Shown here in pieces: positions 1 to 9,565 of a DNA stretch of 63,939 nucleotides (its first letter is position 1; each line of letters starts with the position of its first letter). The stretch spans positions 1 to 63,939 of the forward strand of contig JBGGMM010000167.1 of assembly GCA_041288045.1 (NCBI GenBank), in the 5' to 3' direction. Below the pieces are notes generated by a model. The model saw nothing but the letters and a program-made list of their open reading frames with translations, was not told where the DNA came from and did no database searches. Origin of the DNA: Pseudobdellovibrionaceae bacterium (GTDB taxonomy: Bacteria; Bdellovibrionota; Bdellovibrionia; Bdellovibrionales; Bdellovibrionaceae). The position numbers and the translations under genes were made by a program.

Positions 1-141
1 GGCATTGGTGAGCTTCCCATGGATGGTCCGGCACCAGCGATCCTCAATGCGATTCAAAATGCCCTGCAAATTCCAGTGAATCAAATTCCTCTTTTGCCAG
101 AGGATCTCTTTCGGACTTGGGAGAAATTCCATGCAACATAA
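1..141 (+). CDS. 3' fragment of the molybdopterin-binding large subunit of a xanthine dehydrogenase/aldehyde oxidase-family Mo-hydroxylase (5' end outside the window)
   Basis: Frame 1 is open from nt 1 to TAA 139-141 (GIGELPMDGPAPAILNAIQNAL...PLLPEDLF), a typical C-terminus of large subunits. It overlaps the ATG of the next subunit gene. It is absent from the ORF track because it has no start in the window. Confidence 0.75.
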   Translation, partial: GIGELPMDGPAPAILNAIQNALQIPVNQIPLLPEDLFRTWEKFHAT

Positions 142-592
142 AATTTCTTTCGAAGTGAATGGAAAGCCCGTCACTGTTGAAGCCCACTCAATGGAAAGAC
201 TTTTGGATGTGCTTCGGGAAAGTCTGCATCTGACAGGGACGAAAGAAGGATGTGGCGAAGGGGAGTGTGGGGCTTGCTCGGTTTTTCTGGATGGTGAGCT
301 GGTGAATTCCTGTCTGATTCCCGTGTCTCAAGTTCTCAATCGAAAAATTCTCACCATCGAAGGTCTTTCCAAAGAGGGCGGGCTTCATCCTGTGCAAAAA
401 AGCTTTCTGCAACACGGGGGAGCGCAGTGTGGGATTTGCACTCCAGGCATGGTCATGGCGGCAGTTTCGCTTCTGGAAAAAAATAAAAATCCCAGTCGAG
501 ATGAAATCAAAGAGGCTTTGGCTGGAAATCTTTGCCGTTGCACTGGGTATATGAAAATTTTTGATTCGGTCGAAAAGGCGGTGAAGCCATGA
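131..592 (+). CDS. (2Fe-2S)-binding small subunit of a Mo-hydroxylase (CoxS/XdhA N-terminal type)
   Basis: Two cluster motifs: CGEGECGACSV and CGICTPG...CRCTGY. 153 aa. Overlapping junctions with both neighbouring genes. Confidence 0.93.
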   Translation: MQHKISFEVNGKPVTVEAHSMERLLDVLRESLHLTGTKEGCGEGECGACSVFLDGELVNSCLIPVSQVLNRKILTIEGLSKEGGLHPVQKSFLQHGGAQCGICTPGMVMAAVSLLEKNKNPSRDEIKEALAGNLCRCTGYMKIFDSVEKAVKP

Positions 593-1476
593 GAGCCTTC
601 GTTCCTGATTATGAGCTTGTGACCAAAGGCAGTCTTCAGGAAACTCTGAAAACTTTGTCACAAGAGCCAAAAATCTGGAAAGTTTTTGCTGGCGGCACGG
701 ATTTGATGGTGCTGTTTGAAGCTGGAAAACTGAAGCATCATCGCTTTTTAAATCTGGCTCCATTTTCTGAATTGCGAAAGATACAAGTAGAAAAGGATTT
801 TGTTCAGATTGGTTCTCTTTGCACTTATTCTGATATTCAGTCTCATCCAGTGATTCAAAATGAATTTCCCTTGTTGGTGAGATCCGGGTGGGTGACTGGC
901 GCCAAAGCCATTCAAAATCGTGGCACCATCGGCGGAAATATTGCCAACGCCAGTCCGGCCGCTGACACTCCTCCCAGTCTCTTGGCCTACGGGGCACAGA
1001 TTGAATTGCAGAGTGAGAAGGGGAGTCGGATTTTGGACTATACTCAGTTTCATTTGGAGTATAAAAAGACAGCTCTGCTTGAAAATGAGATCATTTCTTC
1101 TGTTCGCATTCCGCGAAATCAGGGGTGGACTCATCATTACTATCGAAAAGTGGGGACTCGGGCTTTTCAATCCATCTCGAAAGTAGCTCTGTCAGTGGCG
1201 GCTCGAGTGGAAGCGGATCAGGTTTTGAATTTCCATTTGGGACTCGCTTCAGTAGCTCCCTTTCCAATGTTAGCTCTGGATCTTGAAAAAAATATACTTC
1301 ATCAAAAACTAAGGTTGGTGGATTCTGAAAAGGTGTCGCAGTCGTTTTCAAACCTATTGTCTCCCATTGATGATGTTCGCTCGACTGCGGCGTACCGTAA
1401 AGCTGTGGCGAAAAATTTGGTTGCTCATTTGATTGAGATATTGGGAAAACCACCTGGAATTTACCTGGAGAGTTGA
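589..1476 (+). CDS. FAD-binding medium subunit of a Mo-hydroxylase (CoxM-like)
   Basis: FAGGTDLMV and GTIGGNIANASPAAD motifs. ATGA overlap with the upstream stop. Confidence 0.9.
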   Translation: MRAFVPDYELVTKGSLQETLKTLSQEPKIWKVFAGGTDLMVLFEAGKLKHHRFLNLAPFSELRKIQVEKDFVQIGSLCTYSDIQSHPVIQNEFPLLVRSGWVTGAKAIQNRGTIGGNIANASPAADTPPSLLAYGAQIELQSEKGSRILDYTQFHLEYKKTALLENEIISSVRIPRNQGWTHHYYRKVGTRAFQSISKVALSVAARVEADQVLNFHLGLASVAPFPMLALDLEKNILHQKLRLVDSEKVSQSFSNLLSPIDDVRSTAAYRKAVAKNLVAHLIEILGKPPGIYLES

Positions 1477-2304
1477 GTGTTCAGAAAAATTGCGGATCTG
1501 CAATCTGAAGGAAAAACATCCGTGCTCGTGACCATCACGAATACCAAAGGTTCAACTCCGCGTGAAGTCGGCGCAAAAATGCTGGTGACCAGAGACAAAA
1601 TCGAAGGAACCATCGGCGGTGGAACTCTGGAATGGCTGGCTATCGAGAGAGCCCGAGGGCTTCTGGAATCCTGTGAAAACAGCAAATGGTCGGTTCCGCT
1701 CTGTTCAAAAGCCCATCAGTGTTGTGGCGGATTTGTTGAGCTTTTCTTTGATATCATTAAACCTCGGCCGCGGCTTTTGATTTTTGGCGCAGGCCATGTT
1801 GGGCAGGCGCTTTTAGAAGTCATGGCGGGAACTCAATATGAATGCAAGCTGGTGGATGAACGCAGTCAGTGGATTGAAGAAGCGCAGAGAAAGCGGTTTC
1901 AACTCAGTCATTTGGCACTCGAAACTTTTCTGAAAAATCCCGTGGAATGGTTTGACGATAATCCTGGCTGGAACTTTGAAGAGACTTACGCCATTGTGAT
2001 GACTCATGATCATGGGTTGGATGAAGCGATTTTAGAAAAATTGCTTGGGAAACCACTCCGCTTTTTGGGACTGATTGGATCGCAGACCAAACGCCAAAGA
2101 TTTTTTTCACGCTTGCTGGAAAAGGGATTTCCACAATCTCAGCTGGAAAAAATCTCTTGTCCAGTAGGTTTGCCTATCGGTGGGAAAGCTCCCAAAGAGG
2201 TTGCTCTCAGCATCGGTGCTGAGCTTGTGCAACTTTACTTTCTGGATCTGGCCAAACAGGAAAAACAAAGAGTGCCTGTCACAATTCAGGAAATTCAACA
2301 TTGA
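1477..2304 (+). CDS. xdhC: XdhC/CoxI-family Mo-hydroxylase maturation factor
   Basis: N-terminal XdhC block (TNTKGSTPREVGAKMLV...GTIGGG) plus a Rossmann-like block (LLIFGAGHVGQAL). GTG start directly after the upstream TGA. Confidence 0.85.
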   Translation: MFRKIADLQSEGKTSVLVTITNTKGSTPREVGAKMLVTRDKIEGTIGGGTLEWLAIERARGLLESCENSKWSVPLCSKAHQCCGGFVELFFDIIKPRPRLLIFGAGHVGQALLEVMAGTQYECKLVDERSQWIEEAQRKRFQLSHLALETFLKNPVEWFDDNPGWNFEETYAIVMTHDHGLDEAILEKLLGKPLRFLGLIGSQTKRQRFFSRLLEKGFPQSQLEKISCPVGLPIGGKAPKEVALSIGAELVQLYFLDLAKQEKQRVPVTIQEIQH

Positions 2305-2402
2305 TTCAGATTGGATCATTACTTACTAAGGTCTTGTAAAGACCATCTCCCAAAATGAGATAAATCAAGAAGCGAACCTGAAGATCCGAAACGTTCCTTA
2401 AG

Positions 2403-3089
2403 GTGAAAAAACCACTGCTTCTCCTCAGTTTAATTGGCCTTATTAGTTGTCATCGTCCCCAGGATGAAGGCTCTTCCGTTTCTATTCGCATTCCCTCGGT
2501 CAAAGAATTCAAAGCGTCTCGTTATCAAAATACGACGGCCTCGACAGTGGATTACAGTCGATTGTGTTTTGCTGTGAACGTCAAGGGGCCTGGGATTTCA
2601 GGACAATTGGGATCAACCTGCAATATCGATCGAGGTTTGTTCGAAGGAACGACAGTTCCGCCAGGGCAGAATCTGAAATTGGATGTTCCGGCGGGGAGTG
2701 ATCGGGTCTTTGAAGTTTATGGATTTCTTCGTGATAGCACTTCAGAAAGCTGTCCGATTGTTAGTTCCTCATCTTGGAATTTTCCTCTTTATAAGATTTA
2801 TTACCTCGGTGAAAAATCAGGAGTCACTGTGGCTCCTCCAGAGACTCAGGTTGAAATTAAAATCACTCTACCAAGCACATCACAGCCTTTGGCAGTCCAG
2901 CGTGGCTGGCCACTGAGCTGTAACGGCACCATTCCAGCTGTTGCCAATGGGCTTCGTGGAAATGTTGTGGTCGGAGCCAAAGAGCTGGCCAGCGCGAGTT
3001 ATAAACTGCGCGCCCACGTGTCTGAGAAAAATTTAGATTTTAAGCTGACAGGTCCTAATGGGACTCAGTTCAAGGGCGGAGTTAGGTAA
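2403..3089 (+). CDS. Hypothetical lipoprotein
   Basis: Signal peptide with lipobox (LLLLSLIGLISC). No recognisable catalytic motifs. GTG start. Lies 30 nt upstream of the fibre gene. Confidence 0.6.
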   Translation: MKKPLLLLSLIGLISCHRPQDEGSSVSIRIPSVKEFKASRYQNTTASTVDYSRLCFAVNVKGPGISGQLGSTCNIDRGLFEGTTVPPGQNLKLDVPAGSDRVFEVYGFLRDSTSESCPIVSSSSWNFPLYKIYYLGEKSGVTVAPPETQVEIKITLPSTSQPLAVQRGWPLSCNGTIPAVANGLRGNVVVGAKELASASYKLRAHVSEKNLDFKLTGPNGTQFKGGVR

Positions 3090-3119
3090 TTTTTTAACGA
3101 AAACGAAAGGGTTTTTGTT

Positions 3120-5642
3120 ATGCGTATTTTAAATCATTTATCTTCTCTGTTTTTTGGAGTGATTCTCCTGGTGATGCCAGCGATTTCATTGGCGGGATTC
3201 AATTTCGAAGGTTTTCTTGCTGACTCCAATGACACTCCAATCACAGGCTCAGGGATTTCGGTTCGCTTGAAAGTTTACAGTCCAGGATCTGAAGCTTGTC
3301 TTCTTTATGATGAAACCCACTCGGTGACGACCTCGGATGGATACGTTTCACTTTCGATTGGAAGCGGAACCCGAAATGATGCTCTTTCGCATTCGATTTC
3401 TGCAGCTTTTGCTAATCATGCGGCTTTCACAGGTCTGACTTGCTCCTCTGGGACTTCCTACACTCCTGTGGCAGGTGCGGGTCGTAAACTTTCTGTGACT
3501 GTGAATTCAGAACTCTTAGGAACTTTGGACATGAATCCAGTTCCGATGTCGATTGGTGCTGAAAAGCTCGGACATTTGACGGCTTCAAATGTTATGCGTG
3601 TTGAAAGCTCTGGCGTGGCTCAAACAGTCACTGCATTGACCTCTGCTCAGTACACTGAATTCAATGCCTTGATTGCTGGAACTTCCACAAAGTATTTGCA
3701 GAAAAATGCCGCTGCAGGTTCCACACTGCCTGTGGTTTCCAGCGGAATTCCAGCTTCGGCTGTGGCGGGAAGCATCTGGTATGATTCAACAGCGAATGCA
3801 GTGAAATACTATAATGGGACTACTGATTTAACTCTCTCTTCAGGCGGTGCAGGATTGTCAGCCGGGACTGCCTTCTCTGGTGATGTTTCTGGAACTTACA
3901 ATGCTTTGGCTCTCGCAAATACGGGAGTGTCGGCTGGTAGTTATTCCAAAGTGACAGTCGATGCCAAAGGCCGAGTGCTATCTGGCTCTCAAATCGCTTC
4001 TTCTGATATCACGGCTGCCATTGGGTTCACCCCAATGAACAAATCCGGTGACACGTTGACGGGAGTTCTGGGACTTTATTCAACACCCTCCGATCCTTCT
4101 TCAGGATGGAGTGTCGCTGAGAAAGGTCGCACTTGGTTTGATTCTTCTGCCAATCAAATCAAATATTGGGATGGATCTTCGGTGCAATCGGTTGGCGCAG
4201 CCGGCGGCGGAATCACTTCGATGAACGGAGCGACTTCAAGCTCGCAAACGTTCACAATCACTAACGACAATGCCATCGCAGCCCCACAGATCAACACCGC
4301 CAGCTCGCTTCACACTTGGAAATATCCAATGGCTTCTGCTTCTGGGGTGACTGCGGGTTTGATCAGCAAAACGGAATACGATTTGTTTTACAATAAACTT
4401 GATTCTGGCACGCCATTTTCGGGCGATGTCTCTGGAACTATGGCCAGCAATCAGGTTGTTAAGCTTCGTGGATACCCAGTCAGTTCTTCAACGCCTTCGG
4501 CTGGACAGCTTTTATTTTACGATGGCAGCCAGTACACTCCTCTTAGCTTGAGCGGTGATGCCACTCTTTCAGGGAGCGGATTTTTGAACATCACAAACGT
4601 TTCTGTTTCTAAAGGCGGAACGGGCGTGAGCTCTTTCAGTGCCAATCAGGTGATCGTAGCCAACGGAACCGGAAGTGCTTTGCAAGCTTTCACTTGCTCT
4701 GTTGGCCAGATCTTATCTTTCGATGCTTCAGGATGGGCTCAATGTCAAACCATTGAGGCACTCGGAGCTTTCGTGAATGGCGGTAACAGCCTTGGCAGTT
4801 CTGTCAGCTTTGGTACGAACGATACTTTTCCAGTGCATTTTGAAACCAACGGCGTCAGTCGAATGACTTTGGAATCAAATGGAAAAGTTGGAATAGGAAC
4901 ATCTTCTCCCACCGAGAAATTGCATATTGCTGGTGGTGGTGGCAGCCCTCCTCGTGTCCTGATCGAAAATAATACCAGTGCCTCCTCTGCTGACGGCTCG
5001 CGAGTTGTGATCAAAAACCATGCAGGATCTTACGGAACATTTCCTACTCTTTCGTTGGAGAATGCTCGAGGTGCCTGGGGATCTCCCACCCAGATGAATT
5101 CTGGAGATATTATAGGTGAAATCATGGCTGGTCCTTACGATGGCGCGAGCAATACGGCTTCAGCAAAAATTTCCTTTGTTGCTGCAGAAACTATCGGCGT
5201 CTCGATGAAGGGCACGCAAATGGGATTTTGGACGGCGAATACTGGATCTCCCAGTATCTCTGAAAAAATGCGACTCACTGCTAACGGTCAATTGTTAGTT
5301 GGAACGACGACCTCAGATCCTTATGCAAAATTGCTGGTGCAGGGAACCATTGTCTCTCAACAATCATTGGCCTCAGGGGCTGTCGCGGACTTCGCCTACG
5401 GAAATTCACTTGTCTTGACCACAGTGCCCTCGAGCTCGATCAGTCTTTCGGGAATGGCAGCCGGTGGACACTATACATTGGTCATCGAAGATACGACGTC
5501 CCGAAGTTACAGTTTTTCAGGTTGCACGACAGTCAAAATGGTACCCGCGAGCTCACCGACTAGTGGCGCCAGTATTTTTAAAATTTACTACGGCGGAAGC
5601 AACTATAGCACTTGCTTCATTAATTGGACGACGGGTTACTAA
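3120..5642 (+). CDS. Secreted phage-tail-fibre-like repeat protein (possible Bdellovibrio MAT-type adhesive fibre)
   Basis: Signal peptide (LLVMPAISLAG). Duplicated FSGDVSGT...GSYSKVTVDAKGRVLSGS tail-fibre repeat. Duplicated W[YF]DS.AN..KY[YW].G motif. GKVGIGTSSPTEKLHIAG motif typical of tail-fibre-domain proteins. Small Cys-containing C-terminal tip. Confidence 0.75.
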   Translation: MRILNHLSSLFFGVILLVMPAISLAGFNFEGFLADSNDTPITGSGISVRLKVYSPGSEACLLYDETHSVTTSDGYVSLSIGSGTRNDALSHSISAAFANHAAFTGLTCSSGTSYTPVAGAGRKLSVTVNSELLGTLDMNPVPMSIGAEKLGHLTASNVMRVESSGVAQTVTALTSAQYTEFNALIAGTSTKYLQKNAAAGSTLPVVSSGIPASAVAGSIWYDSTANAVKYYNGTTDLTLSSGGAGLSAGTAFSGDVSGTYNALALANTGVSAGSYSKVTVDAKGRVLSGSQIASSDITAAIGFTPMNKSGDTLTGVLGLYSTPSDPSSGWSVAEKGRTWFDSSANQIKYWDGSSVQSVGAAGGGITSMNGATSSSQTFTITNDNAIAAPQINTASSLHTWKYPMASASGVTAGLISKTEYDLFYNKLDSGTPFSGDVSGTMASNQVVKLRGYPVSSSTPSAGQLLFYDGSQYTPLSLSGDATLSGSGFLNITNVSVSKGGTGVSSFSANQVIVANGTGSALQAFTCSVGQILSFDASGWAQCQTIEALGAFVNGGNSLGSSVSFGTNDTFPVHFETNGVSRMTLESNGKVGIGTSSPTEKLHIAGGGGSPPRVLIENNTSASSADGSRVVIKNHAGSYGTFPTLSLENARGAWGSPTQMNSGDIIGEIMAGPYDGASNTASAKISFVAAETIGVSMKGTQMGFWTANTGSPSISEKMRLTANGQLLVGTTTSDPYAKLLVQGTIVSQQSLASGAVADFAYGNSLVLTTVPSSSISLSGMAAGGHYTLVIEDTTSRSYSFSGCTTVKMVPASSPTSGASIFKIYYGGSNYSTCFINWTTGY

Positions 5643-5689
5643 TCTCATTCATTTTGTGTTATGGGTGACTTCAAGAACTGAGGTCATCC

Positions 5690-6307
5690 ATGAGTACTTG
5701 TGACTTTCTTTTATTAGCTGCTGGGAAATCCTCTCGCATGCATCAAGATAAGGCTTTGCTTGATTTTTTTGGAACCACTTGGATTGAAGCGCAAGTGGCT
5801 GAGGTCAAAAAATCGAATTTGATTCAACAATTGGTAATTGTTGATCAGCCTGGCAAAACTCAAAAATATAAAGATCTTTTACTGCGGCTTGAAAATGAAA
5901 GTTTTAAAATTCATTTTGTTGAAAATACTGAATCTGAATCTTCGCCTTCTGATTCAATTGAATTGGCTTTTCAGAAAAATTCTTTTTCACAAGGTGTTTG
6001 CCTATCCCCAATTGATGTTCCTTTGAAATCTTCGAATCTTCAGCTTTTACTTTCATCGCGGGCAACTGAAATTGAAATTTTAAAGCCTTCTTTTCAAGGT
6101 CAGGGCGGGCATCCGGTTTGGCTTTCTTTCTCGGCTATTGAGAAATTTCGTCAAGCTCCACGAAGGTTAGACGAATTTTTGGCTGATTTTCCTCTCGAGC
6201 AGGTTCGATTTGTTGAATTTGACAGTCCAGAGGTTCGGATGAATCTCAACACTCCTGAAGAGTGGCAGAGCTTTCTCAATCGAGGGATGGAGCATCCAAA
6301 ACGCTAA
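5690..6307 (+). CDS. mocA: MobA-like NTP transferase, probable molybdenum cofactor cytidylyltransferase
   Basis: N-terminal LLLAAGKSSRM nucleotide-binding loop. 205 aa. Context: Mo-hydroxylase cluster. Confidence 0.75.
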   Translation: MSTCDFLLLAAGKSSRMHQDKALLDFFGTTWIEAQVAEVKKSNLIQQLVIVDQPGKTQKYKDLLLRLENESFKIHFVENTESESSPSDSIELAFQKNSFSQGVCLSPIDVPLKSSNLQLLLSSRATEIEILKPSFQGQGGHPVWLSFSAIEKFRQAPRRLDEFLADFPLEQVRFVEFDSPEVRMNLNTPEEWQSFLNRGMEHPKR

Positions 6308-6824
6308 AGTGTTCTTGGCAGAGGGTTTCTGTCGGACTTCGGCGGTTGCTTCGGAATGAGCGGTCTAACTTTTTATAGGTGCATTTTTTGACCATGGGGC
6401 CGGTGAGAAGACTGGTCGCTTTGCCTGCGAACCTTTGTTTGACCTCGGCTTTGCATTCGTCTTGAAAATGCGTCCAAAGCGATGAGCAATTATTCTTAGA
6501 GAAAGTATAGCACTGCATTTCAATGCTCGAAGGCGCACAGGGTTCTTGGGCGATTTTCTCTGCCTCAAATCGAGGGACCAGGATCACCCAAAGCACATGA
6601 CCCAAGAGCACCAAGCCGCAGGCAAAGATCAGGCTGTTCTCAAAGGCGACTGGCAAGCCGGCTTTGACGAAAGGTCTTTCCTTGAAAATGAAAATTCCAA
6701 TTCCGAAAAGTCCGACTGGCAGCCAATGCAGAGCAGGAAATGAGGTCCAAGCCGCCAAGAGTTCAAAAACTCCCCAAGAACTGAGGATATAAAGCAGCAG
6801 TTGCACCCAAGTTGGTATTCGCAT
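6276..6824 (-). CDS. Hypothetical membrane protein with a Cys-rich C-terminal domain
   Basis: About three hydrophobic helices in the first ~85 aa, then a soluble domain with several Cys. Its 3' end overlaps mocA convergently by 32 nt. Confidence 0.5.
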   Translation of the reverse strand: MRIPTWVQLLLYILSSWGVFELLAAWTSFPALHWLPVGLFGIGIFIFKERPFVKAGLPVAFENSLIFACGLVLLGHVLWVILVPRFEAEKIAQEPCAPSSIEMQCYTFSKNNCSSLWTHFQDECKAEVKQRFAGKATSLLTGPMVKKCTYKKLDRSFRSNRRSPTETLCQEHFSVLDAPSLD

Positions 6825-6968
6825 TCCTTCATCCTAAGACGAAAAGCTGGCCTCGCCAAGAAGCTTTTTAACGCAATGCCCACGAGAGTGATTCAGAGGC
6901 TTTTCAACTGGCCAGTTTTTCTTCCTTGATGTTAGAAAGGGAAGATTCAATGAATGGGGGAAACCACT

Positions 6969-8552
6969 ATGAAAACAACAGTTTTAGCGTCTTTGGTGAT
7001 GCTCTTGGCTTTGTCTGCTCAAGCTGCAAAAACATTCGTCTACTGTTCGGAAGGAAGTCCCAGCACTTTCAATCCGCAATTGGCAACGGATGGAACCACT
7101 TTCAACGCCAGCTCTCGCGTTGTTTACAACAATTTGGTCGAATTCAAACACGGCTCTACCGAGATTGAACCCGCATTAGCTGAATCTTGGACCATTTCCA
7201 AAGATGGACTGACTTACACCATGAAATTACGCAAAGGTGTGAAATTCCATTCAACGGAAGCTTTCAAACCAACTCGTGATTTCAATGCTGATGACGTTTT
7301 GTTTTCTTTCAATCGCCAGCGCGATCCCGCTAATCCTTACAACAAGGTTTCGGGCGGAAGCTACGAATACTTCCAGGGCATGGACATGGGAAAGGTCATC
7401 AAGAACATCACAAAGAAAGGGGACTACGAAGTCGTTTTCAATCTGACTCAGCGTGAAGCTCCTTTCCTCGCCAATCTTGCCATGGATTTCGCCAGCATCC
7501 TCTCTTCTGAGTACGCCGATGCCATGATGAAAGCGAAGACTCCAGAAAAAGTCGACACACTGCCCGTGGGCACAGGTCCTTTTGTCTTCAAGAGCTATCA
7601 AAAAGACACTCTCATTCGCTACACAGCCAATCCCACTTACTGGAAAGGAACTCCGAAAATTGAGAACTTGGTTTTTTCAATCACTCCGGATCCTTCTGTT
7701 CGCTCTCAAAAACTGAAAGCCGGTGAGTGCAATCTGATCGCTGAGCCAGCTCCTCAAGACATCGATGCGCTGAAAGCCAACAGCAAATTGCAAGTCATGG
7801 AAAAAGAAGGCCTGAATGTCGGCTACTTGGCATTCAACGTTGAAAAAGGACCTTTTGCGAAAAAAGAAGTTCGTGAAGCCATCAACTATGCCTTGAATCG
7901 CAAAGCTTACCTTGAAGCGATTTACATGAATCGAGCGGCTTTGGCGAAAAATCCAATTCCGCCGACTGTTTGGTCTTACAATCAAACGATCAAGGACTAC
8001 GATTACAATCCAACCAAAGCCAAAGAACTTTTGGCAAAAGCTGGATTTCCAAATGGTTTCGAAACTGAAATGTGGACTTTGCCAGTTTCTCGTCCCTACA
8101 ACCCAGCAGGGAAAAAAATGGGTGAGATGATGCAAGCCGATCTGGCGAAAGTCGGAATCAAAGTGAAGCTTGTGACTTACGATTGGCCAACTTACCTTGA
8201 GAAATCCAAAAAAGGTGAGCACCAGATGATCCAAATGGGTTGGACAGGTGACAATGGTGATCCAGACAATTTCTTCAATGTGCTCTTGGGTTGTGCTGCC
8301 ATCGAAGCTGGATCGAATCTCGCTCGTTGGTGCTACAAGCCTTTTAACGATTTGGTTCAACAGGCGAAACAAACGGCTGATACCAAAAAACGAACAGACC
8401 TTTACATGAAAGCTCAAACAATTTTCAAACAGGAAGCTCCTTGGGCGACGCTGGCACATGCTCGTGTTTACCGGGCTATGTCTGCCAATGTCACAGGCTA
8501 TAAGATTCATCCTTTTGGAACTGAGCAATTTGAGACTGTTGATTTGAAGTAA
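6969..8552 (+). CDS. dppA: Dipeptide ABC transporter periplasmic substrate-binding protein
   Basis: Long blocks matching E. coli DppA as I recall it (AKTFVYCSEGSP.TFNPQL, KVSGGSYEYF, APFLANLAMDFASILSSEYADAMMKA, GWTGDNGDPDNFF). Signal peptide. I moved the start to ATG 6969 (GGGGGA 8 nt upstream) rather than the track's 6954. Confidence 0.92.
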   Translation: MKTTVLASLVMLLALSAQAAKTFVYCSEGSPSTFNPQLATDGTTFNASSRVVYNNLVEFKHGSTEIEPALAESWTISKDGLTYTMKLRKGVKFHSTEAFKPTRDFNADDVLFSFNRQRDPANPYNKVSGGSYEYFQGMDMGKVIKNITKKGDYEVVFNLTQREAPFLANLAMDFASILSSEYADAMMKAKTPEKVDTLPVGTGPFVFKSYQKDTLIRYTANPTYWKGTPKIENLVFSITPDPSVRSQKLKAGECNLIAEPAPQDIDALKANSKLQVMEKEGLNVGYLAFNVEKGPFAKKEVREAINYALNRKAYLEAIYMNRAALAKNPIPPTVWSYNQTIKDYDYNPTKAKELLAKAGFPNGFETEMWTLPVSRPYNPAGKKMGEMMQADLAKVGIKVKLVTYDWPTYLEKSKKGEHQMIQMGWTGDNGDPDNFFNVLLGCAAIEAGSNLARWCYKPFNDLVQQAKQTADTKKRTDLYMKAQTIFKQEAPWATLAHARVYRAMSANVTGYKIHPFGTEQFETVDLK

Positions 8553-9565
8553 TGGTCATTGGAATTCTGAAGAAAATTTTATTGGTGATTCCAACATTAA
8601 TTGGGGCAAGCGTGATAGCGTTTGCCCTGATTCGTTTGATTCCTGGTGATCCAGTCACCAATTTATTGGGCGAACGAGGCGGTGATCCTCAAGTGGTCGC
8701 CGAAATGCGAGCCCGTTACGGCTTGGACAAACCAGTCATCACTCAATATTTTCTCTTCATTGGAAATGCTCTTCAAGGAGATATGGGAGAATCCATTATT
8801 TCCAAGCGCCCCGTTTCAGAAGAATTCTGGTCGCGCTTTCCAGCCACTTTAGAATTGGCCTTTTTGGCTTTGTTATGGTCCGTGCTTCTGGGAATCCCCT
8901 TGGGAATTTTAGCAGCAGTGAGGCGTAATTCTTTTTTTGATTACTCGGTGATTGGCGTGTCCCTTATCGGATACTCGATGCCGATTTTTTGGTGGGGCCT
9001 GATCCTGGTGATTTTTTTCTCTGTCAATCTTGGCTGGTTCCCGGTTTCTGGCCGCATGAATGTGATGTACGACGTGACCCCTCACACTGGCTTCATGCTG
9101 ATCGACTCATGGCTCAGTCCAGATGGAGCTGCAGCATTTTGGGATGCTTTGAAACATTTGGTTCTTCCGGCCATCGTGCTTGGGACAATTCCACTGGCAG
9201 TGATGGCTCGTATGACTCGATCCTCTTTGCTCGAAGTTTTAGGCGAAGATTATGTGCGCACGGCAAAAGCCAAAGGACTCGATACCTTTCGAGTGGTTTT
9301 TATTCATGCACTGAGAAATGCGATGATTCCGATTGTGACTGTGATTGGTCTTTTAGTGGGGACCTTGCTGACTGGCGCAGTATTGACCGAGACGATTTTT
9401 TCTTGGCCTGGTATCGGCCGCTGGCTTGTGAAATCGGTGGAAGCTCGTGATTATCCAGTCATTCAAGCTGGTGTTTTGTATTTGGCTTTTTTGATTGTGA
9501 TGGTGAATTTGATTGTGGATCTGGTTTATCTTTGGGTCTATCCGCGAATGAGGTCACAGACATGA
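8552..9565 (+). CDS. dppB: Dipeptide ABC transporter permease
   Basis: BPD-transporter permease pattern with multiple TM helices. TAATG overlap with the dppA stop. Confidence 0.9.
   Translation: MVIGILKKILLVIPTLIGASVIAFALIRLIPGDPVTNLLGERGGDPQVVAEMRARYGLDKPVITQYFLFIGNALQGDMGESIISKRPVSEEFWSRFPATLELAFLALLWSVLLGIPLGILAAVRRNSFFDYSVIGVSLIGYSMPIFWWGLILVIFFSVNLGWFPVSGRMNVMYDVTPHTGFMLIDSWLSPDGAAAFWDALKHLVLPAIVLGTIPLAVMARMTRSSLLEVLGEDYVRTAKAKGLDTFRVVFIHALRNAMIPIVTVIGLLVGTLLTGAVLTETIFSWPGIGRWLVKSVEARDYPVIQAGVLYLAFLIVMVNLIVDLVYLWVYPRMRSQT

Noticed and set aside
2403-5642. Possible prophage, because of the tail-fibre-like gene
   Set aside because: No capsid, terminase, portal, baseplate, integrase or lysis genes occur within the window. 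The flanks are intact Moco-enzyme genes. I interpret it as a domesticated or stand-alone fibre adhesin instead.
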